Of a DNA stretch of 39,214 bases, positions 1 through 7,687 are shown piece after piece. The first letter of the stretch is position 1. Each line of letters starts with the position of its first letter. The DNA lies in sequence record SRR20825006_369; one strand, written 5' to 3'. Under the pieces are notes generated by a model. The model was given only the letters and a program-made list of their open reading frames with translations, searched no databases and was not told the DNA's origin. A program made the position numbers and the translations under genes.

Positions 1-1443
1 CCCCTGCACGAACCAGCCGGGGTTTTGCGGCGTGTGATAAAGCCAAAGTCGACGGCCTTCGCGGGTCTCGATCCGCCAGTAATCGCGCACGCCCGAACGC
101 CACGCCTCATCCGGCAGCCACCATTCCGGTGCGATGCGTTCGGGGCCGATGGCGCGCCCGGTGGTGAGCGACATGCGGCGCCAGCGAAACCGCACAGGCG
201 GCTCCGCGCTGTATCCTGCAATCGGTTCCGGTGGAAACAGGTGCAGGGGACGCGGGCGCAGGTAGGACCATGCGCTGTCGGGTGTGCTGAAGGCGGCGGG
301 GGCGATGGCAAAGCTGCGCTCCGGGATGTGGCTGTCGGCGGGGAGGAAGCGTTGTACGTTGTCCAATCCGATGCGGGTACCGATGCGGGTGATCAGGTCG
401 TTGAGCTGATCAGGGGAGGTTTGCGCGCTGCCGATCTGTTGCACGGGGAGCGGTTCGACCTGTGTGGCCTCAAGCCGGATCTGGTCAATGCCAAAGCCCG
501 CGTCCACGTCCTCCACGCCACGTTCGAACAGGGGCAAAATCCGGTGCGGGTCCCGCATGGGGGCGGCAAGGCGCAGCTCGACTTGTTGGCTGCCCTGATC
601 GACCCGGCGCAGGGTGAGGGTCAGGCGACGCGCGCCCATTTCATGACGGTTGAGCTTATCGCAGAGCGGGGTCAGAAGTCGGGCGGTGAGGCCCATCACG
701 TCCTCTGTCAGACCGACGGGCTCGGGCAGGCTTATGCGTGTCGCAAAGCTTGGCGGTTCGCTTTCGGGCATGACGGGTTCGGGGATCGACCCCATGGCTT
801 GATCAAGATGGAGCAGCAGATCAGGGCCGAACCGACGGGCCAAGGGGGCGCGGGCGGCCTCCGCCAGATCGCCAATGCTGCGCAGGCCAAGACGTTGCAG
901 GGCAGTGACGGTGGTGTCTTCAAGACGGAGCGCGGCCACCGGCAGATCGGTGAGGGCTTCCTCTCCCGCGCCATAATGCGCATAGGCCCAAGCCGCACCT
1001 CGGGTCTCGGCGCAGCCCAAACGGAGCGTCAGTCCGGCGCGCATCGCGCGGCTCTGAATATCCGCCAGCATCTCCGCTTCGCCGCCCCAAAGATGGGTCG
1101 ATCCGGTGACATCCAGCACCAGCCCATCCACACCATCGCGTCCGACCCACGGACAATAGTGCGTCGCCCAGCGGCGCAGCGTGGCCAGGAAGCGGGCGTC
1201 GAGATCGGGGCGCGCGGGCTGACTGATCAGATCGGGGCAAAAGGCGCGGGCATCGGCGAAGCTCATGCCGCGCGTCAGGCCGAGCCGTTCGGCGGTCTCG
1301 TTGAGACAATAAATCCGTTCGGTGTTGTTCGACTTAAGCGTGATCGCGAAAGGACCATCGACAGGACGTGCGCGCAGAACCCGGTCACTCGCGAACCGGG
1401 GAAACCACATGCACACGACGCGCTTTTTGATCCCATCGAACAT
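1..1443 (-). CDS. imuB: Y-family DNA polymerase-like SOS mutagenesis protein ImuB (last few codons run off the window)
   Basis: Not in the ORF track because there is no stop in the window. The minus strand from ATG 1443 reads MFDGIKKRVVCMWFPRFASDRVLRA and ends GRRLWLYHTPQNPGWFVQG at base 1, matching typical ImuB termini. Overlaps the imuA 3' end. Confidence 0.9.
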   Translation of the reverse strand, partial: MFDGIKKRVVCMWFPRFASDRVLRARPVDGPFAITLKSNNTERIYCLNETAERLGLTRGMSFADARAFCPDLISQPARPDLDARFLATLRRWATHYCPWVGRDGVDGLVLDVTGSTHLWGGEAEMLADIQSRAMRAGLTLRLGCAETRGAAWAYAHYGAGEEALTDLPVAALRLEDTTVTALQRLGLRSIGDLAEAARAPLARRFGPDLLLHLDQAMGSIPEPVMPESEPPSFATRISLPEPVGLTEDVMGLTARLLTPLCDKLNRHEMGARRLTLTLRRVDQGSQQVELRLAAPMRDPHRILPLFERGVEDVDAGFGIDQIRLEATQVEPLPVQQIGSAQTSPDQLNDLITRIGTRIGLDNVQRFLPADSHIPERSFAIAPAAFSTPDSAWSYLRPRPLHLFPPEPIAGYSAEPPVRFRWRRMSLTTGRAIGPERIAPEWWLPDEAWRSGVRDYWRIETREGRRLWLYHTPQNPGWFVQG

Positions 1444-1936
1444 TCCAGGCACCCAATGTTCCTGATTTGTTCCTTTTAATTTCCCATCGCATCAGAGTCG
1501 AGTCTTCCTCTGCGGCATCGAAGACCGGCGTGGCTCGCCAACGGGTGTCGGTCGCATTGGACCCCATGCCTTCGGGAATGATACAGAGCCCCGTGGTGCC
1601 GCCCGCCTTGGCCGCGAGTTGCAACCGCCGTCCCTCGCGCAGGTTCAGCGGACGGGTGATCTCGAGGACGACAAAGGGCAGCGCGCCGTCTTTGAGCGCT
1701 TCTTCGGCCACGGCCAGCGCATCGGTCTGATCCTTGGGGCGGGCCAGCAACAGAAGGGCCGGGTCGAACATCGGCAATAGCCCCTGCGGGGTGAGCGTGT
1801 CCGACAGCCAGCTTTCCCTGATCCACAGGCATGCCCCCGCAGCGGCCATGGCGGCAAAGCTCATGGAACCGGGGCCATAGACCTCATGAACCCGCGCACG
1901 GCGCAAGGGGAAGACAGTGTGAAAATCGACTCGCAT
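1385..1936 (-). CDS. imuA: SOS mutagenesis protein ImuA (RecA/SulA-like)
   Basis: RARVHEVYGPG, DALAVAEEALKDG and GRRLQLAAKAGG motifs. Start set at ATG 1936, just downstream of the LexA box. Confidence 0.88.
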   Translation of the reverse strand: MRVDFHTVFPLRRARVHEVYGPGSMSFAAMAAAGACLWIRESWLSDTLTPQGLLPMFDPALLLLARPKDQTDALAVAEEALKDGALPFVVLEITRPLNLREGRRLQLAAKAGGTTGLCIIPEGMGSNATDTRWRATPVFDAAEEDSTLMRWEIKRNKSGTLGAWNVRWDQKARRVHVVSPVRE

Positions 1937-1941
1937 AATGG

Positions 1942-1956
1942 GAACGTAGCAAGAAC
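1942..1956 (-). promoter_or_regulatory. Alphaproteobacterial LexA (SOS) box GTTC-N7-GTTC
   Basis: Plus strand gaac-gtagcaa-gaac. It overlaps a minus-strand promoter TTGCCG(1971-1966)-17 nt-TACGTT(1948-1943). Confidence 0.9.
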
Positions 1957-2117
1957 ATCGGCGTGCGGCAATCAGGCTGCGATGGGAAGCGATGTCCAAC
2001 ATATAGATCGGCGTCAAACAGAGCTGACACATCCCGGCACACATGGTACGCAGACCCATGACTTAGATTTCCATCTCGCTCGCACGCCAACACGGACTTC
2101 TCCGTGACCAGTGTCGT

Positions 2118-2423
2118 GTGCCGATGAAAGGAAAATCTATGGATCGTTCTAAGCTTCCCCACCTCCAAGGCCGTCGTTTCGATATTGAGACACTGCAATA
2201 CGACGCGTTGAGATTGGCGCGACAGGCGGACAAAGGGCCGACGTTTTTGCGTCACCATGGTAGGATTGCCTATGTCGTCATGACAGAAGACATCTTCGAT
2301 CAACTCTGGCCCGATCCGCGCAGAGCGTGGAGCGTTGATGAAATGCCGCTGCACATTCTCCAGCTTTTAGAGCAGAGCTTGCAGGACGGGTTGTCGTCGA
2401 GACCGGAAGTTTCAGATATTTAA
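2118..2423 (+). CDS. Phd/YefM-like antitoxin-fold protein (apparently orphan)
   Basis: ADKGPTFLRHHGRIAYVVMTEDIFDQL resembles the Phd/YefM core. Start may be ATG 2139. Confidence 0.5.
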   Translation: MPMKGKSMDRSKLPHLQGRRFDIETLQYDALRLARQADKGPTFLRHHGRIAYVVMTEDIFDQLWPDPRRAWSVDEMPLHILQLLEQSLQDGLSSRPEVSDI

Positions 2424-2425
2424 GG

Positions 2426-2828
2426 CTCATATGTAATGAATGTGACGCCGAAGTGGCGCATGTCGCGGACCTCACCGGTATCGCGTTCGACGCACGGCGT
2501 TTCGATACTCCGTTCCTCGATGGGAACGGCTGGTTTCGGCTTGGCTTGTGTCGTAAGCGATAATCGCGCAGGTCTGCGCAACGGTCCGGTGAAAACGGCG
2601 CTTTTGGGAGCGGGGGCTCAGGTGGTCGATGTCAGAGCGTATCGCTTGGGCGACACGCCCTTCGTCGAACGGATGTGGAGCACGATGGAAAGCCAGGTCA
2701 TCAATTTGCTTCATGGCTACACGGGGCGTAAGGCGGGCCATCTCAAGGGGGACGATGCCAAGAAAAACGTGGTGATCTTGCGCGAGGACCTCTTTCGCCT
2801 GATCACGCGCTATCTGATCGTCGAATAA
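2426..2828 (+). pseudogene. Fragment of a TnsB/TniA (Mu-like DDE) transposase, possibly preceded by a TniQ-like fragment
   Basis: VVSDN...PFVERMWSTMESQVINLLHGYTG matches the D...E region of TnsB-type integrases. Only ~100 aa remain, truncated at both ends. Confidence 0.6.
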
Positions 2829-2858
2829 ACTCGGGCCTATTCAGACAGTGTCAAAACG

Positions 2859-2881
2859 TATGGAAAATTAGAATTTCCATA
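2859..2881. promoter_or_regulatory. Perfect inverted repeat TATGGAAA-N7-TTTCCATA, candidate operator
   Basis: Seen directly in the AT-rich region upstream of the secretion operon. Confidence 0.4.
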
Positions 2882-3053
2882 AGAGTGAAACTTTAGATTC
2901 CGAAATAATCTCAAAGTTAAACAAAAACTTAATTCGGGCAGAGATGACAATCTAACGCGCTATTTTTAATCTTAAGAACATCCCTTTACGCGAATGTGTT
3001 CCGGTCTCTTCCTGCGTGGTGTCGTAGCCTGACGGAAACGCGTGGAGAATATC

Positions 3054-3608
3054 ATGAACATCCGACTTAGTGCCATAATTTTGGCGATTCCAACGCTTTC
3101 TGCGTGTGGACAGAGCTTGAGCCTGACCATGCAGGATCCGTACTGCATAGCCGATAAGGCAGGGAAATCAGTCGAAGACTCCTTCTTTGTCGTCGATGGC
3201 GAATACTATGTTTTGAGCGACACCTATGTCGCGTCGAATGGCAAAATGACACAATATCCGGACGAATGCCCAGTAACGAATTTCTACGTCGTGCCGGCGG
3301 TGCGCCTTTCCGATGGCAGCGTGCGGTCTACGCAAAGTGTTCCAAACAATATTCCAGCACCGGCTGGCACTCCAGAGATTGTTGCTGAGAGCGCAGAAGC
3401 AGGAACCGCACAGGCGTCCGAAGTGGTTTCTGGTGGGACAGTGGCGCAGAGTGCAAGTACCGGAAACGTGTCTGTATCTGAAGTGAGTATGGAAGATGCG
3501 CCCAATGACACTGGAAAGGACGGAGACGACGCAGCTGTGACGGCGGGCAGCATCACGATCCACCGTGATGGTAGCGTTACAACGCCCAATCTTGGGCGCG
3601 TAAAATGA
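3054..3608 (+). CDS. Putative lipoprotein, first gene of the CsgG/HfaB operon
   Basis: RBS GGAG, lipobox LSAC, two further Cys and a low-complexity C-terminal half. Overlaps the next gene by 4 nt. Confidence 0.75.
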   Translation: MNIRLSAIILAIPTLSACGQSLSLTMQDPYCIADKAGKSVEDSFFVVDGEYYVLSDTYVASNGKMTQYPDECPVTNFYVVPAVRLSDGSVRSTQSVPNNIPAPAGTPEIVAESAEAGTAQASEVVSGGTVAQSASTGNVSVSEVSMEDAPNDTGKDGDDAAVTAGSITIHRDGSVTTPNLGRVK

Positions 3609-4117
3609 AACAACTCGTTCTCGGCCTTTCTCTGCTTCCATGTCTCGCATGGGGCCAAACCTATAGTACGTCTGGACAGAATTGGTCGGGAAGCTATGCG
3701 TTTCCGAGCGCATCAGACCGTAGCCTCGTGTTGCAGCAAGCGCAGGTGATCAACGACGCCGAAAACCCGACGGCTGCGGCACAAACGAACTACTACATTA
3801 CAAACGATAACCGCACTGGCTACGTTGAGGTGACAACGGATGGTGATGTCACGACCGATTTGCAGATTGGTGACGAAATCGGCCAGCAGACCTATGCTGT
3901 TGGATCTCTAAACACCGGCACGACGGAGGTGTCGGTGGAGGGCGATGGCAACATCATTACCGCAGACAACACGGCCGACAACAGCGGCTGTATTGATGCG
4001 TCTATCTTGTCATCCTTGCAGACTCCTGAAGGCGACGCCGCAACGGATGTGTCGTCTCTTTCGGTCCTTGATCTTGCCGATGCGCTCGCTGCTTTTGCAG
4101 CGGGAAAATGTAATTGA
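3605..4117 (+). CDS. Secreted HfaA-like / curlin-like beta protein
   Basis: Sec signal ending AWG-Q. TYAVGSLNTGTTEVSVEGDGNIITADNTADNSG resembles the HfaA C-terminal strands. Lies directly upstream of the CsgG/HfaB gene. Confidence 0.7.
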   Translation: MKQLVLGLSLLPCLAWGQTYSTSGQNWSGSYAFPSASDRSLVLQQAQVINDAENPTAAAQTNYYITNDNRTGYVEVTTDGDVTTDLQIGDEIGQQTYAVGSLNTGTTEVSVEGDGNIITADNTADNSGCIDASILSSLQTPEGDAATDVSSLSVLDLADALAAFAAGKCN

Positions 4118-4136
4118 TCTTGTGTTTGGGGGCTAC

Positions 4137-5432
4137 GTGAGACCGTTTCCAGTCATCGCAAGTGTTGTGGCTCTCCTTTCAGGATGTGCCAGCCTTGGAC
4201 AGGCTGTGGCGCCAATGGATCAGGATGTATTCATGGTTGATGGGCCACCCGTCCGCCGTGTCGAGACTGCATATGACGACGCGCTTGCGTGCATTGGCAA
4301 CCGCGCACCGAGATCGCTGACCTTCGCCGTCGGTGCCATCAATGATGCGACCGGCAAAGAAAGCTATGCCGACGCAGGCAGCGGGAAAATGGTCACGCAG
4401 GGTGCAGGGGATATGATCCAGACCGCCCTGTTTAATGCAGGTGTGCAGGTCGTAAACCGGCGCGATCCGGCCATTGCGGCGACTGAGCACAACTGGGGTA
4501 TCCGAGATATTACGTCGATGAAGCCGGCGGATCTTTTCATCACGGGAAGTATCAACAGTCTCGATTTTATTCCAGGAGCCGGGGCGTCTGTGACCGTCTC
4601 GGGAGTTGGGCCGAAAGCGCGGCAGAACCGTTTGTTGGTGGGAATGGACCTGGCCATGACCAATGCGCTGACCGGGGAAATTGTCGCAAATATCGCAATT
4701 CAAAAACAACTCGTTGGCAAAGAAATTGGCTTTGCGATTGGTCGGTTCTTTGACACGAGCCTCGTTGATATTTCGGCAGGCGCAATGGAACGCGAAGCCA
4801 CCAATGCTGTGTTCCGGCAGATGCTGTACTACGGTGTATATCAGCTTCTTTTACAAGCAAGTGACGCGGCAGAAAGTGCTGGCGAATGCAATGCAAAGCT
4901 GACTGCGACAATTGCAGAAGACTTGGTCTGGGAAGATCCGGCTGGGCGCGCATCCTTGCGGGCAATTGCCTCAGAGGTAGAGGCGGCTCGTCCGCCTTCC
5001 GAACAAGAAGTCGCCGAGATGCGTGCAGAAATGACGACAGCCGCTCCGGTTGAGCTGTCCGCCGAGGCACGCAAACTTGCCAACAACGTTACGACACAGG
5101 CGGCACGCGCCATCTCGATGTTTGATACTGCCGTGTCGGCGAAAAATGCCCAGGCCGCGCAAACAGCCTTTGAGAAGGGCAAAGTCTACCTGTCCATTGC
5201 CATTCGCGATCTGCGCGCCGGGGCCAAGGTGGGTTTGACTGGACCCGTAGGCGATGCCGCCGCGACGATTGTCGAACAGGCGATCCGCGCAGGCTCAGCC
5301 GCCGAAATTGCGCTCGCAGTCAAAATTGCTCCGAAGGGTGAGGAAGAGGCTGTGATCGCGCCCGAAACGGCGACGGATCCCGCGTCACCGTCCAACCCGG
5401 CTAAACCATCAAACGTGGAGGGAAAGCCATGA
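4137..5432 (+). CDS. CsgG/HfaB-family outer-membrane lipoprotein secretion channel with an Ala-rich C-terminal extension
   Basis: Start set at GTG 4137, lipobox LSGC. FAVGAINDATGK, VTQGAGDMIQTAL, VQVVNRRD and ITGSINSLDF...VGMDL are CsgG/HfaB motifs. Confidence 0.88.
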   Translation: MRPFPVIASVVALLSGCASLGQAVAPMDQDVFMVDGPPVRRVETAYDDALACIGNRAPRSLTFAVGAINDATGKESYADAGSGKMVTQGAGDMIQTALFNAGVQVVNRRDPAIAATEHNWGIRDITSMKPADLFITGSINSLDFIPGAGASVTVSGVGPKARQNRLLVGMDLAMTNALTGEIVANIAIQKQLVGKEIGFAIGRFFDTSLVDISAGAMEREATNAVFRQMLYYGVYQLLLQASDAAESAGECNAKLTATIAEDLVWEDPAGRASLRAIASEVEAARPPSEQEVAEMRAEMTTAAPVELSAEARKLANNVTTQAARAISMFDTAVSAKNAQAAQTAFEKGKVYLSIAIRDLRAGAKVGLTGPVGDAAATIVEQAIRAGSAAEIALAVKIAPKGEEEAVIAPETATDPASPSNPAKPSNVEGKP

Positions 5433-5580
5433 TGCATCCTTCTACATCCAGTTTTCTTTGCGAGACCCGCAAAGAAAGTTCTGTGGTCATACACCGCAGC
5501 TCAAACGGGGCCCTCGAACATGCCCTATTTAAGGACTGCCTGTTCTCGAGGGAAGAACAGGCACAAACGAGGACATCACT

Positions 5581-6453
5581 ATGAAAAAGTTTCTTGCGAC
5601 CACCGCTGTGGTGCTGATCGCCACGACCGGCGCAGCGTCTGCACAATCCGTTCTGGAGCGCGTTTTGGGCTCGCTCGACGCGGCGACCACCACTGAACTC
5701 AACGGCACTTTCGCCAACATCGCCGAAAACATCGGTGGCAATGACGTCACTTATCTTAACGAGGCCGGCGTTGCCTTTACCGAAGCTGAATTCGAACTGC
5801 TGGTCGATGATGAGCTTGGCCAGATGCTCGACGATGGCTATGTTTACTACGACACGACCACTGACAGCTACTACACCAACGAAGGTTTGGGTTTTGAGCT
5901 CGGCTCGATCATCGAAGCCAAAGCTTATGCCGAAGCACAGATGCTTAACTCCGCTGGCTACACCCGTGAAGTTGGCCTTGGCGGCATTGTTGACGGTTCG
6001 ATCACCAACGTCATCGAAGGCGTGACCAGCGCTATTGCTGATGCAAGCCAAAGCGCGACCGCCGGTCTCGACACAGTTGCTTATGAATTCAACTTGCCGA
6101 CTTATGATCTTGGCGCGCTGTCCACAACCGCACTTGGCGCTGTGAACACCGGCGACATCACCCTCGGTGTGAACTCCACCGTGGATGACGCAAAAACCAC
6201 GTCGACACAGGCCGTGTCCTCCGTCATGGAACAGCTCGGTGGCTCTTCGGGCACCGGCGCGCTTGTGCTTAACATCGCATCCAACATGACCGGTGTGGAT
6301 GGTTCGATCTCCAACACGATGAACAACGTGAACGGTGCTCTCGCCTCTGCATCGACAACGGCACTTGGTGCGGTCAACACCGGCACAATCACATCCGGTG
6401 TGAATGCTGCTGTTCAGGGCATCGTCGGCACGTCCGGCCAGTCCGGCCTGTAA
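5581..6453 (+). CDS. Secreted two-repeat protein, candidate major fibre/amyloid subunit
   Basis: RBS GAGG and signal peptide ASA-Q. Two copies of NIAxN...VDGSI...STTALGAVNTGxIT. Rich in G/A/S/T/N, with no Cys, Trp or His. Confidence 0.85.
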   Translation: MKKFLATTAVVLIATTGAASAQSVLERVLGSLDAATTTELNGTFANIAENIGGNDVTYLNEAGVAFTEAEFELLVDDELGQMLDDGYVYYDTTTDSYYTNEGLGFELGSIIEAKAYAEAQMLNSAGYTREVGLGGIVDGSITNVIEGVTSAIADASQSATAGLDTVAYEFNLPTYDLGALSTTALGAVNTGDITLGVNSTVDDAKTTSTQAVSSVMEQLGGSSGTGALVLNIASNMTGVDGSISNTMNNVNGALASASTTALGAVNTGTITSGVNAAVQGIVGTSGQSGL

Positions 6454-6482
6454 GCTTTAGGCTTGTTCGCATTATAAGAATT

Positions 6483-6504
6483 GGGATGGCAGTCATGCCA
6501 TCCC
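6483..6504 (+). terminator. Stem-loop after the major subunit gene (terminator or mRNA stabiliser)
   Basis: GGGATGGCA-gtca-TGCCATCCC, 9-bp perfect stem without a clear U-tract. Confidence 0.55.
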
Positions 6505-6645
6505 TCCAAACTATCAGATGTGGCACAATGTTCGCCCAAAGGCAGGGCGTACCGCCGAGTTTGGTCTTGGGCATATAAGGCGTTCGAATACGTTTGGGTT
6601 GATCGAGATAGCCCTCATGAGACGCAGAGCGAAGGAGTTGAAATC

Positions 6646-7665
6646 TTGCATAGTTTTCGCAGCTTTGTCTCTCGTTGCTTGCACAGGATGTGTCGCGGTC
6701 TGTCGCGCCGCCTGAGCCACAGCCTACCCAAAGTTGCTTTGAAACGAAGCAGATACCCCTTTGAGAGGTTTCAAAACCTGTGCGTCATTGCGATCTGTGT
6801 CCTTTCAGGACTGTCGTATCCGTACCCTGCGTCAGCAGAGACTCGTCTTGAACGTATTTTTGCCGCTTTGGCTGAAACAGGGTTTGGTGCTGACGTCTTG
6901 TTTATGGTCAATGTGGCCGAAAACACGTCAAGTTTTATGAGCCAACCGGCACGTCTCAAATCCGGACAAACTGTCGTCATCGGATATGATAGCGTTGGTG
7001 CGCCCGTCATCGCGCAATCCGACGATTTTGGCGTGACTGTGACGGCGGCGCAGGCATTGGAGCTTGAGCGTGGTCTACCGCCTGGTTTCTATCCGACCGG
7101 CAGCGGGCTTTTTTCCATTCCCGCGGGTGCACAGCTGTCCCTGTACGAAGCGGACCGGGACGGGCAGGCGATTGCAACAGCGCGCGAACTTGTTTCGACG
7201 CGGATTGATGGCCAGATCTTGACGGTTATCGGACTTTCCCCAAGGTTTGCCGAATTTGGGGACCTGGCGTTGGTTGCAGGACAAAGCAATGCCTTGCGTG
7301 CCATCACTCAAATTGATGCACTTCAAACGACGGTACTTGGCGCGGTGAACAACGGGATCGCTGTCACAAACGTCGCTGCCAATTACGGTACGGATGTTTT
7401 GGTCCCAACGGATCTTATCGCCTCAAAAGTCTCGCGTGGTGCCAACATGAGCTATATGCAGGCGGCTACGGATCAGCTCGACGCGGTGCATCTGGCGCAA
7501 GTTGTCACGACGGGTCCCAGTGTTTTGATGAATTTGGCGTCGAATGATATGGATATAATCGGTAGCATCCGTCTGCGGGTGTCTGATCAATCGGGCGCAG
7601 CCCTCAAGGTTGTCACGACGGCAATCGGTGCTGTGAACAGCGGGATTATCTCGAATACGAACTAG
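6646..7665 (+). CDS. Secreted paralog of the 5581 protein, candidate minor subunit
   Basis: ASA-ETRLERIF, NVAEN, TTVLGAVNNG, NLASN, TTAIGAVNSG. Start uncertain: TTG 6646 follows AAGGAG; 6688 and 6739 are alternatives; the ORF opens at 6481. Confidence 0.8.
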   Translation: MHSFRSFVSRCLHRMCRGLSRRLSHSLPKVALKRSRYPFERFQNLCVIAICVLSGLSYPYPASAETRLERIFAALAETGFGADVLFMVNVAENTSSFMSQPARLKSGQTVVIGYDSVGAPVIAQSDDFGVTVTAAQALELERGLPPGFYPTGSGLFSIPAGAQLSLYEADRDGQAIATARELVSTRIDGQILTVIGLSPRFAEFGDLALVAGQSNALRAITQIDALQTTVLGAVNNGIAVTNVAANYGTDVLVPTDLIASKVSRGANMSYMQAATDQLDAVHLAQVVTTGPSVLMNLASNDMDIIGSIRLRVSDQSGAALKVVTTAIGAVNSGIISNTN

Positions 7666-7687
7666 GGCGAGTCTTCAGGCCGATTGG

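Noticed and set aside
25-1479. 484-aa plus-strand ORF
   Set aside because: Antisense shadow of imuB, with no recognisable motifs.
2506-2545. TPFLDGNGWFR resembling a Fic/Doc motif next to a Phd-like gene
   Set aside because: Lacks the catalytic His and Arg, has no start or full-length ORF, and lies in a transposon scar.
2917-2932. Possible CtrA box TTAA-N-TTAA
   Set aside because: Spacer is 8 nt, not the canonical 7.
3945-4136. N-terminal extension of the CsgG ORF in the track
   Set aside because: Overlaps the upstream gene; the lipoprotein signal only makes sense from GTG 4137.
6518-6715. Small ORF with LVAC lipobox-like motif
   Set aside because: Overlaps the likely start of the paralog gene and would leave only about 11 mature residues.
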